From positions 35,961,423 to 35,995,952 of the forward strand of contig NC_068989.1 in NCBI RefSeq assembly GCF_001194135.2: DNA of 34,530 bases. Direction: 5' to 3'. The first letter of the stretch is position 1. Each line of letters opens with the position of its first letter. The translations under genes were made by a program, and so were the position numbers. The notes beneath the pieces were generated by a model, which saw nothing but the letters and a program-made list of their open reading frames with translations, was not told the origin of the DNA and did no database searches. Below are positions 23,427 through 33,694 of the stretch, in pieces. Source of the DNA: Octopus bimaculoides. Lineage: Eukaryota.

Positions 23427-23694
23427 CAGGGCTGGTGCTAGGGAGTGAAGGGCCCAATTAGAGAATTGTTAGTGGGGCCTTCTACTCTACAAAAGCTGAA
23501 GATTGATTTTTTATGCTTCATGTAGTATGCTAGTCTCAGCCAAAATGCATTGAGGGCTTGAGGCTCCATCATCAGCCACAATGAAATACTAAAAATTCAT
23601 CATAGTATATCCACTTGAGCACATACACAGAGCCCTCTCTTGACATGGGGCCCAATTTGAACAAATCTGTCCAAGTGGCTTAAAACCAGCCCTG
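23427..23694. mobile_element. hAT-type MITE (second family)
   Basis: TIR CAGGGCTGGT / ACCAGCCCTG; 8-bp TSD gttgagac vs gttgggac, 7/8 identical; GGGCCC subterminal motifs. Confidence 0.8.
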
Positions 23695-24734
23695 GTTGGG
23701 ACAGTATCTAGCTGTAGGAATGAAATCCAACAGCAGTAGGAACAACTTCCAACAATGGAATGGTATCTATGTATAAAAATTTACTTCTCCCCATTCAAGT
23801 AAAACCTTGAGAAAATAGATGAAAATCAATAAAAGAAGAAAGATCACCATATGATCAATTAATTGTCCAACGTTTTAGACTCATAGTTTGCATGTCTGAC
23901 AGTATAAACTTCAGTGAAGGTGGTGGATCTGGTGAGATGTTAGCTTTTCATTCTGGACTGGATTAATTCAGCTGTGATTATACATGATATTGCAAACCAC
24001 AAAGACATGTTTATATTTATTTTTTAATTGAATTTTATGTACAATGGTATTGTGGGTTATAGGTGAGCCTGACACTGGTTCACTGCATTTATGATTGAAA
24101 CAGTGGTAAAGTAGTATTTGTGCAACTTGGGTGGAATTAATACTACACAAGGTATGGAGTGTGCATCATAAAAAGAAGCACCTGAAGTTTGAGGTCCTGA
24201 AGAAGTTAGACATGAGGATGAAACTATACAATATCTCAACTGATGGTGGAATATCAGGAGTGTACTCTTTGACTGACATTGAACTTAACAACATAGCAGG
24301 GATCAGTGAATAGTAGAGAATGTTTTATTATATGCATAACACTCATGTGTGAAAGAAAGTCCTGAGGTGAGAGTAAAGAACAACTAAATGGTCAGCCAGT
24401 TGTAAACTAGGTGTTTGGGTGTTTACAACTGTCCTTGGTGTGGAGTCCACTGTAAAATAGCCAATAATGACAGCAACATTGAAACCAACCCATATACTTT
24501 GAAGTAGGCTGAAAGAACAATTAAATATTTACTGGTAGCATCAGCATTATTTGATTTTGTTTTAGGGATAGCAGTGGTAGATGGTGCTGTAATTGTTGCA
24601 ATCTCCTGTTGTCTATAGCAGAAGGGGACTGTCATGCTGCAAAAGTTTACAGATGCACCGAACACACACACACACACACACACGTTAGTGAGCAAACAAA
24701 CAAAAAAAGTAGCACTTAACACGTAGTTGGAATT

Positions 24735-24866
24735 CATCATCATCATCATTTAGTGTCCATTGTCCATGCTGGCATGGGTTTGACAGTTTAACCAGGGCTA
24801 GCAAGGTGGAAGGCTGCACTGATTCCAGTCTGATTTGGCATGATTTCTATGGCTGGATGCCCTTCC
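24735..24866 (-). mobile_element. Isolated RTE family 1 3' tail (severely 5'-truncated)
   Basis: (CAT)n, then CCATGCTGGCATGGGTT...TTTCTATGGCTGGATGCCCTTCC. Confidence 0.8.
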
Positions 24867-24869
24867 AAC

Positions 24870-25815
24870 TCCTCATGTTTCAAGTTTCATGGATTTGAAG
24901 AAAACATAACCAATTCCTTAGACAAAATGGAGAAAAACCAAGTTGGCTTCTTTCTTAGAGAATTTAACCTCCATTTGTCAGTTTGGGTCACATTGTTGTA
25001 ATAATTGCTCTAACCCTCCACATGGATATTAATGTTGTTTAGTCAATGAAGCATAGCATTATTACTTAAGGTATGAGATGTTAAGGAGTGGCTTCTGCAT
25101 AACAGAAAAAGTTTAACATCCAGTGGTCAGTTCCAGTCACATGGACGTAATAATAACTCAGTGACAATAGATGAATGCCATTTTGTCATCAGTGTGTGCT
25201 GCTTGATGTAGATATAGGTGGCATGTCTGCTGGATCATTGAGATGCAAGAATGTTGATAGTGTCTGTATGGATAACAAATATAGGTAGCCTGGTTGAGGG
25301 CGGTGTATCAAGATTATCAGGGATCAATGGTTTGAAATATATTAAAAGTGCTTGTCTTCTGTGAGAACAGTATGAAACTCAAGTCTTTGCATTGATGGAT
25401 ATTACCAGCTGCTGGAATCTGTACAGCCTTTTTCAGAGGCAGAATTGACAATTGCAAGTAAGGTGAGACCCTGTAAATATACTCCAATTGATGTTGCGTG
25501 AGTTGTTGCTGTGGTCACATAGTCTCCAAGTGTAGCAGGACAAGGAATTAGTTTTCCCTGTGCCTGCATGTGAAGGAGTGCATATCCTACAAGTATCTCC
25601 TCTTGAAGTTGTTGGCTGTCATACCCATGTAAAATCTTGTTATACCATTGGGTGGTGTGAAAATGGCTCTATACAGCATGGCATTTGAAAGGTAGATCCT
25701 CCCAGTTGACAATTGGTAGGATTTTGAAAGTTGCAGATGGGACTGTGGGATGGAGATTGTGTGGATGTGTGTTTACTTCTGATGTAGTGTTCAAGTTGTC
25801 AAAACATTAATAGCT
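24870..25815 (-). mobile_element. Penelope-like element remnant (GIY-YIG endonuclease region plus 3' region)
   Basis: Minus strand near 25760-25340 gives CNFQNPTNCQLGG..AMLYRAIFTPPNGITRFYMGMTANNFKRRY..HSF..NSLSCYTW and a later C..EK / H..K..L segment, fitting the Cys-rich linker and GIY-YIG of PLEs; frameshifted. Confidence 0.65.
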
Positions 25816-25824
25816 GGCTTTAAG

Positions 25825-26700
25825 CCATAAGGTGGAGTCCACCAAAAAGCCATTAAAAGACTGGATCTTTGTCTTTACTCAAGAAACTCTAAGGCCAAGT
25901 GGTTCCATTTCCTCACTCAGTGAAAGGAGAATGCTCTTTTAGACATCCAAAGACTTAGCAAGAATAACTGCGTCATCAGCAAAATTTAGGTCTGTAATCC
26001 TAGTTTCAACAATGAGCGCATCACAACTTGATCGAGCCACATTTCGGTCAAGTATTCAATCCATACACGTTATAATTTGCTGTCCAAAGATGAGGTTCGT
26101 ACAGTGGCAAATCAGCTGAAGACCAGAAAGGCAGTCAGTGTTTGTGGCACCTATGGGGAGATGATCAGGAAAGGTGAGTCTGCTGCAGTCTTGTTCTGTC
26201 GGCAGATCATCTGGTCAGTCTGGAACAGCATCATAATACCGCCTAACTGGAAGAGAGGCATAATTATCCCACTCTGGAAAGGTAAAGACGACTGTAACTA
26301 TTATTGAGTTGTTACACTTCTCTCAGTGCCTGGTAAGGTCTTTGTGAGGATCATTCTGCACAGTGAAATATCTTCTTGCGTTTCAGTGGCTTGAGCAGTC
26401 GAGGTTCACGCCAAAGAGGTCAATTGATAGGATCCTTGCTCTTCGCGTACTCATTGAACGCAAGCGGACCTTTCAGAAGGAGACGTTTGACTCAGTGGAC
26501 AGAGATGTGCTTTGGAAGATTCTGGGGCTGCAGTGTATACCTTCTCAACTGACTGGGCTGATGATAGCCTTGTACACTGGAACAGTCTGTACAGTTCAGA
26601 TTGGGAGCTCAGCATCTGATTTTTCCCTAGTTTGATCTGGGTTCCCTCAGAGTTGTGCCTTGGTTTCCACTCTGCTCAGTGCCTGTATAAACTAGATATT
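25825..26700. mobile_element. RTE-clade LINE with an inverted 5' part: RT N-terminal half on + (26077-26700), continuation on - (26070-25825)
   Basis: + strand: LSKDEVRTVANQLKTRKA..PNWKRGIIIPLWKGK..FDSVDRDVLWKIL..SG.PQSCAL..LLSACIN*I. - strand: TCMD*ILDR..ITDLNFADDAVILA..LGLRVS*VKTKIQ. Confidence 0.85.
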
Positions 26701-26899
26701 TTCTTTTAAAATGATATATTCTTTTTATTTAAAAAAAAATTATCAAACATCACACTGGTTTCAACAACCTTTTGTTTCCTAATAAAAAAAAAACACCTAA
26801 AGAAAAAGATGAAAATTTAAAAGAAAGAGAATGCACAAGAAAAGTTTCACAGCAAGAAAATTTCTAAAAGATGTGTAATTGCCTTTTACCACCCTCTTT

Positions 26900-27300
26900 G
26901 CTGACATAATGCTAAGAGTGATCAACCGGATTGTTTCTGGTTGAAACTAAACGATGAGGGAAAGAAAGAAGAAAAAGGGCGATGCTGTTATACATTTCAT
27001 TGACTGAAAATTTATTTCATACGAGAATCAGTCAACCGGAACGTTAGTCTACTGTCAGACAAAACAGGTGACCAGGTCATTTGATAAGCAAATGACATTC
27101 AGACCGTTAGCTAACCGGAGAGTTGGACAATAACAAGTGATCGGACGTCCCCAAGCAGTTGGCCAAACAGAACGTCAGGCTACGCAAGCGACGTCTTAAG
27201 TAACCAATTAGGACTTGAAACTATGTCTTACAACTAATGTATACGAGGCAATATCAGCTTGAAACATTCGAACTAATAAAACAAACGACAAACAGTTCTA
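26900..27300. promoter_or_regulatory. CpG-retaining, non-repetitive, promoter-like stretch
   Basis: About 17 CpG in 420 bp (by eye); AACCGGA at 26924, 27034 and 27113; three ACGTC motifs; CCAAT at 27204. No TSS evidence. Confidence 0.3.
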
Positions 27301-27375
27301 CTTCACATAACAGGATAAAGCTCACAAAACATTTTCTTAAATATATTTTAATTATTATATCTAATTGCTAATATA

Positions 27376-27575
27376 ATTTATTGCTATGAGTCTTATTGAA
27401 CATTCAAATTTCTATCATGTATTTATTACTGCTATGAAATTTATCGAACAGTTAAACTTTCATCAATTCTTATTTCTATGAAACTTAATGAAAACTTGAA
27501 TTTTCATCCTGTAATTTTACTCTGAAACTTGTTGAATATATGAGTTTTGAGAATATTTTATCGCTTTGAAACTTT
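27376..27575. repeat. Degenerate ~43-47-bp AT-rich tandem repeat, 4-5 units
   Basis: Recurring TT(A)TT(G/T)CTATGAAA(C/T)TTA.TGAA...TTTCATC. Confidence 0.45.
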
Positions 27576-27789
27576 TTCTTGTGAATTCACTTTCCTTTAA
27601 GTTTTCATCGTATTTTTTTTTTATTACTATTTAAAAACAAAGCAAAATCGTTGAAACCGGTATAGTATTGTAACAAAATTAAAGAAAAAATTATAATTCG
27701 TTATAAGACCTACGTGTATTTTCAATCTTCAAACCGATTTTTTGTGTGTATTGCGTGTGTGTACACACACACACACACACATACATACA

Positions 27790-29390
27790 TATGCACAGAG
27801 GCACGCTGTATTCATTTAAATATGTGATACATCGTACTGTAATTCACACGGGAACTTGCTTGCTCCCTCGGCTGCTAGTCATTGAGGTGTTTCGATAGTC
27901 TGATGACTATGACTTTCGTAAATAGTTTATAGAGGTAAAGGAAGAAGCATATAGGGCGATTATTCCTTAGATCTACTTTATCACTCTTCTTATGAAGCAA
28001 GATGGTTTCTGACTCCTTCCCAAATAGCGAGAGTATTTTACTCCTCTTCAGATAACCATTGAACCATAGAACGAGAGTTTCCACAGTTCTTCTCTACTTC
28101 TTAACTCCTCCCTTCTTATGTCATCTTTTCCTGGAGTTTTATCCGCTTGACGACATTTTCAATTTCCTTTACCAAAACAAGTGGCACATCTGCCAACATT
28201 TGTGACGGCGAAAATCGATTTTCACCTATGATATAAAAAGGATGGTGTAGAAAATTTTGTATGCCTCTTCCATCTCCTTTTTGTCTGTCACCGTCAACCC
28301 ATCCTTGCTCTTAAGCGCCGTCCTCTTATATTATAGAGTATCATCTCCCTTTTGCATCGTTTTACACTCTTCCTTCTCTCAGCAACGTGCATCAGCTTCC
28401 AGTCTATGATCGTTCATCGATTTCGTAGACGACGAAAAGTCCTTGATATTCGCCGAAATGTTTGCAGTGCTGAAATTTCTGGAAATGCAAGGAGTCGAGG
28501 CGCAATACACAAACTGCTATGGGGTACGAACTCAGGATGCCCTACCGATATAGCTCTGCTATTGCTACCTGTAAGGGATTCAACTGAGAAGAGCGTCTCG
28601 CTAAAGCTCTTTACTGCATGTCAAGAAATGTTCATCAGAAACATTGATTAGACAGGCGGCGTGATTTTGAACGGTGAGCTACTTCCGATTCGCAGATGAT
28701 ATTGTACTCATCTCCGAAACTACAGATCAGTTGCAGGCCGTGTTGACAGAGATGGATACCTATAGCTAAATAGTATGCCTTAAAATGACCCGTTTGAAAA
28801 CAAAATACAGAAGTGGGAAGCAATGAAATCGAGAAGGTAACGGAATACGTATACTTGCAGTACACAGTAAATACGCGCCGAGACATGAACACTGAAATCT
28901 CAAGGAGAATAAAGGTAGGATGGAGAGTATTTACCTCGATTAAAGATGTTCTCAAAACAAAACTGGTCAAGACCATACGTACCCGTCTCTTCAATGGCCT
29001 CTTTCCTACCGGCGATCTTAAATGCAAGTGGGACGTGGGCTACTCGAAGAGAGAAGAATATCGATTGGATACGACGCAAAAGGACATGGAAAGATCTATG
29101 CTAGGAACATCACTGCAAAAGCATATTCAAAATAAAGTAATTCTATATCAAAGCGTGGTGAACGACGTGATCGTAGAATACTGAAAGCACAATTCCCACT
29201 GGGCCAGACATGTCACAAGGTTCACAGACAAAAGGGGAACTTATACAGTTGACAAGTGGTATCCGATAGATCAGAAACGAGCATTCAGAAAACCTCCACG
29301 AAAATGGGAAGACGATGTGATTAAACGACTTGGACGAAAGTGGAAAAGAAAGACGCAATCAAGAAATAATTGGAAGCGCATTGTGACTAG
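27790..29390. mobile_element. RTE-clade LINE (another family) with an inverted 5' part: 28421-27790 on -, 28422-29390 on +
   Basis: - strand: ALKSKDGLTVTDKKEMEE..ESETILLHKK.D..DLRNNRPIC..LYKLFTKVI..QPREQA..YSTM.HIF..PLCI. + strand: FVDDEK(S)..D..KLFTAC..RFADDIVLIS..EKVTEYVYL..EISRRIKVGW..HWARH..RW. Confidence 0.88.
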
Positions 29391-29433
29391 TGTAAAACAA
29401 CCGATAGTTCGGTCTATACCTGTTATAGAAGGA

Positions 29434-29463
29434 ACACACACACACACGTGTGTGTGTGTGTGT
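29434..29463. repeat. (AC)7(GT)8 microsatellite forming a perfect 28-bp palindrome
   Basis: Read directly from the sequence. Confidence 0.95.
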
Positions 29464-30029
29464 GCGTGCATTTGACAAAGCCATGGATGAAGGCAGCTGT
29501 TCTTGAAGAAAGATACTCTGACAAAAACTTGCAGTTACAATGTTACCAGTCGTCTTGCAATGTTCGTCACTGGAAATCTACCATGGTGATCGAAGGTGTG
29601 GCAAAAATGTTGTCCAAATTTTTTTTTTCCATGAAATCAAATAACACAGATTTCTCACTATCATGTTATTTCTTGATCCGTTTTATATTTTATAAAATCC
29701 TACAGCGATTGATGCTTGGCAACTATCCGCGCCCAAGCAGGAATGGAAGTAAATCAACACGATAAGGCTGAATGTGAGACTGTTATCGTCTGGACAAGGT
29801 GAGGCAATAATCATACACACACATTTCGTGCAATACTCTACAGCATGTACCACACCGCCGCTCTGCTCCTCAAGACCAACTTAAATTGGAAGAATCTTGT
29901 AATCTGTTATAAAAGCATTATTTGGTTGACACTTTTTTGAGATAGGTCCATAGAAAGATTGAGGCCAGCCTAACCCCGTCATGATTCGAACCCAAACCAC
30001 AAATGTTCGCCATTGACAACAAGTATTGG

Positions 30030-30731
30030 TACTTTTTGGTTATCTCACCCCCATTAAAAAATTGGGTTATCTCCCCACTAAAAAATCGAGTTAATGTGGC
30101 GACAAGAGATTGGATTAAAAGAGTTATTCTTTTTTTATTTTTATTATTTTTATTTGTTTCAGTCATTTGACTGCAGCCATGCTGGAGCACCGCCTATAGT
30201 CGAACAAATCGACCCCCAGGACTTATTTTTTGTAAGCCTAGTACTTATTCTATCGGTCTCTTTTGCCGAACCGCTAAGTTACGGGGACGTAAACACACCA
30301 ACATCGGTTGTCAAGCGATGGTAGGGGGGGGGGGAGACAAACACACACACATATACGACAGGCTTCTTTCAGTTTCCATCTACTAAATCCAATCATATTG
30401 GCTTTGGTCGGCCTGAGGCTATAATAGAAGACACTTGCCCAAAGTGCCACGCAGTAGGACTGAACCCGGAGATCCTTTTGATTCAATACTTCAACGCATT
30501 GTTGACGTTTGGACTCCTCTATACGTATGGTATGATTTGTTATAAAAATGTTATCAGATTCAATAAGATGTTTAATTTTTTCAGTTTTCATGTTTATTAA
30601 TTTTTCATTTTTCTTGTTTTATTGAGGGTTAAATATTTGTTTTAGCTAAGGTCGATGACCAAAAGTACCGATATCTCTTGTAAAACGGGAAGATAACCCA
30701 AATTTAATGGGGGTGAGATAACCAAAAAGTA
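30030..30731. mobile_element. MITE-like element with ~46-bp TIRs, interrupted by a SINE; superfamily unclear
   Basis: TACTTTTTGGTTATCTCACCCCCATTAAA..TTGGGTTATCT (30030-30076) is mirrored at 30687-30731. Confidence 0.65.
30146..30470 (-). mobile_element. SINE family A, near full length, CpG-rich
   Basis: Continuous match from the tail TTTGTTTCAGTCATTTGACTG to GGACTGAACCCGGA. Confidence 0.9.
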
Positions 30732-30767
30732 TCCAAAAATCCACAACCTGAATCTTTTATCTGCAAT

Positions 30768-31140
30768 AGGCGCAGTCGTGGCTACGTGGTAAAGAGCTTG
30801 CCTTCCAACTACATGGTTTCAGGTTCAGTCCCACTGCGTGGCACGTTGCGTAAGCGTCTTTTACTATAGCCTCGGGCCGACCAAAGCCTTGTAAGTGGAT
30901 TTAGTTGACGGAAACTGAAAGAAGCACGTCGTATATATGTGTGTGTGTTGATGTTTGTCTCTCACCACCACTTCACAACCGATGTTGGTGTGTTTACGTC
31001 CCCGTAACTTAGCAGTTCAGCAACAGAGACTGAGAGAATAAGTGCCAGGCTTAGCAAAAAGCAAATTTAATACTGAGGTCGATTCATTCGACTAAAAATT
31101 CTTCGAGACAGTGCCCCAGCAATAAAACAAAAAAGATAAA
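30768..31140 (+). mobile_element. SINE family A, full length
   Basis: Head AGGCGCAGTCGTGGCTACGTGGTAAAG, B-box-like GGTTCAGTCCC, body GTGGATTTAGTTGACGGAAACTGAAAGAAGC. Confidence 0.9.
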
Positions 31141-31394
31141 TAGCAACAACTCCATACATAACTAGTTAATTGCTATGTATGCCTCAATACACTAATATTT
31201 AGAGTGTATTAAGGGTATATCATCATCTCACACACTTGAACAAACTATATTAATTTGATCAACAGTCCCCCAGTCATCGCTTGATCCATGGTGTTTCGGG
31301 TTGTCTAAGTACACTGGAATAATTAGCCTGGCCTTCACATATGCCTGGAATCATGCATTATAACATGCCACTACATCTCTCTTTTCACTCACCC

Positions 31395-31534
31395 ACGCTC
31401 TCTCTCTTCCGCTCTCCTTCTCTCTGTTCTCTCTCTCTCTCTTTCTCTGTATATATATTAATATATATACATACATACATTTATAAGTGTATGTGTGTGT
31501 ATATATATATATGTATGTATGTGTGTATATATAA

Positions 31535-31573
<39 letters not shown>

Positions 31574-31770
31574 GATCTATGTTTACACACGTATATACAT
31601 ATACCTACGCATACGCACACACACCTATATAGTCTTTTATCTTCATTTCATTTTTTCCTTCCTCACTGTTTTTCTTGTGAACAGACGTGTCGTAAATTAA
31701 GAGGAAACAAAGCAGAGAAAGTGGTGGTGGTGGTGGTGGTGGTGGTAGTAGTAGTAGTAGGAGGGGGAGG
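31395..31770. repeat. Compound microsatellites (CT)n, (AT)n, (CA)n, then (GTG)n(GTA)n
   Basis: Read directly from the sequence. Confidence 0.85.
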
Positions 31771-32146
31771 AGGATTAGTGCCAATCTTTGATATTTCCAC
31801 TGCCAATATAACCATCTCTTCTTTTCCTTCAGCTATACGTCCCAGGAAGAACACATTTCATAATGCATTTCAAGACATGCTGTGTCTTAAAATCGGATGA
31901 GATGGTCACGACTAGAACTCTTTCTTAAGTTCTTATGTTTCCAGGATCATATCAGATAAGAGCAGGCTTGGGGTTATATAGGGAGAACAACTGAAAGCAA
32001 TATGACCCACAACAGTGATTGATTGTCTAAAAAACCCCTGTACATATTTCAGTACAAAAATTACACACACACGCACACAGACATCATACGCACACACAGA
32101 CAGACATACACACACACACGCACGCACGCATACACGCGCACGCGCG

Positions 32147-32288
32147 TATATACGACGAGCTTCTTTCAGTTTCTGTTTGCCAAATCCACTCACAGGGCTT
32201 TGGTTGGCCTGAGGCTATAGTAGAAATCTCCTGCTCAAGGAGCCACTCTGTGGAAGTGAACCCAGACCCATGTGACTGGGAACCAAGT
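32147..32288 (-). mobile_element. SINE family A, 5' half
   Basis: GAGCTTCTTTCAGTTTC..CCAAATCCACTCACAGGGCTTTGG..GAACCCAGACCCATGTG. Confidence 0.8.
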
Positions 32289-32558
32289 TCGTCAATTGAT
32301 CGGCGACGGTCCTCCAAGATCAGTTTATGAATTTTCGTGATGTTTTCATTCGTTCGAGGTGTCGGCGGTTGCGCTGAGCGAGGTTGGTCTTCAAGCGACA
32401 AGTGACCATTCCTAAAGTGTGAAAACCAGTCGTAAATTTGTGTTTTACTCATGGCAGCGTCCTTGTAAGCTTTTGAAACATGACAACTGTTTCGGCTGCC
32501 ATCTGCTCCGGCAGAAAACAGAATATCACGGAAACACGTTGTTCCTTTCGTTTTAACC
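32289..32558 (-). pseudogene. Mariner transposase N-terminal (HTH) fragment, running into an assembly gap
   Basis: KEQRVSVIFCFL..AAETVVM.., MSKTQIYDWFSHFRNGHLSLEDQPRS..NITKIHKLILEDRRRSIDEL. Confidence 0.85.
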
Positions 32559-32959
32559 NNNNNNNNNNNNNNNNNNNNNNNNNNNNNNNNNNNNNNNNNN
32601 NNNNNNNNNNNNNNNNNNNNNNNNNNNNNNNNNNNNNNNNNNNNNNNNNNNNNNNNNNNNNNNNNNNNNNNNNNNNNNNNNNNNNNNNNNNNNNNNNNNN
32701 NNNNNNNNNNNNNNNNNNNNNNNNNNNNNNNNNNNNNNNNNNNNNNNNNNNNNNNNNNNNNNNNNNNNNNNNNNNNNNNNNNNNNNNNNNNNNNNNNNNN
32801 NNNNNNNNNNNNNNNNNNNNNNNNNNNNNNNNNNNNNNNNNNNNNNNNNNNNNNNNNNNNNNNNNNNNNNNNNNNNNNNNNNNNNNNNNNNNNNNNNNNN
32901 NNNNNNNNNNNNNNNNNNNNNNNNNNNNNNNNNNNNNNNNNNNNNNNNNNNNNNNNNNN
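32559..32959. other. Assembly gap (401 N)
   Basis: N run. Confidence 1.
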
Positions 32960-32978
32960 ATATATATATATATATATA

Positions 32979-33367
32979 GCTGAAGGATAAAAAATTAATC
33001 AAAGGACATACCAAGTATGTCTACCAGCTGGAAATAACAGTCAAATCTCTTATTTAAATCGTCTTTAAAAAAACTGATGATAACTACAGAAATCAACCGT
33101 TCGCAGGCAAACGGGCTAGGACAATTGCTCTTCCATCATGGTAACGCGTGCTGAGGAAAGTAAGGCTATAATGCCAGTCCAGAACCCGGTCCACGTGAGT
33201 CCAAATACTTGAATGTGTGTTGAAATTGTCCTAGCCCGTTTGCCCGCAGACGGTTGATTTCCTTAGTTATCATCAGTTTTTTCGGCGATTTAAATAAGAG
33301 ATTTGACTTTTATTTCCAGCAGGTACACATACTTAGTATGTCCTTTGATCAGTTTTAATCCTTCAGT
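32979..33367. mobile_element. Foldback MITE with ~150-bp arms (32977-33126 / 33224-33369)
   Basis: Arms such as CAAAGGACATAC.AAGTATGT, GTCAAATCTCTTATTTAAATCG and GGCAAACGGGCTAGGACAATT are mirrored; TA at both ends. Confidence 0.9.
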
Positions 33368-33694
33368 TATTTAATGCTTTTTGGGGCCTGCAATCGCCTA
33401 TATTATTGATTCCATTGTTATCATTTCTAATTGTTACGCTAGATAATGATAGTCAATAATATCTTCGCAAATATTTTCTCCTGAATTATTTGCTCCGTAT
33501 ACACCACACACACACACACAACATCTGCCAAGAATTTCTGATGCATTGAATGCACGACAAAATTACCATAGATAGTCGGGGCTCGGTTCATCTTAAGATG
33601 CTGTTAGTGATAGATTTATTTCAGTATTGATTATTGGCTGCTAAAACATCCGCAGCGAAGAAGCTGGTATATCAACAATTTGGTTATGTGTATT

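Noticed and set aside
24131-24313. 60-aa + strand ORF (ELILHKVWSVHHKKKHLKF...) and a nearby GEPDTG-like stretch
   Set aside because: Non-ATG start, no convincing splice sites, stops in the adjacent stretch and no recognisable family.
24877-24921. Possible hammerhead ribozyme in the Penelope-like element (minus strand CTAAGGA...GAAAC)
   Set aside because: The core deviates from CUGANGA, stem II does not pair, and stem III is replaced by an RTE tail; not supportable.
26860-27010. Short minus-strand ATG ORFs with hydrophobic starts (e.g. MYNSIALFLLSF...) as a first exon for the 24612 exon
   Set aside because: They hit stops before any convincing donor site; no support for a join.
30768-30850. 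tRNA-like A/B boxes here and at other SINE heads as tRNA genes
   Set aside because: They continue into SINE bodies and do not form complete cloverleaves.
31341-32220. ORFs rich in YI/HT/CV/AR repeats
   Set aside because: Translations of microsatellites.
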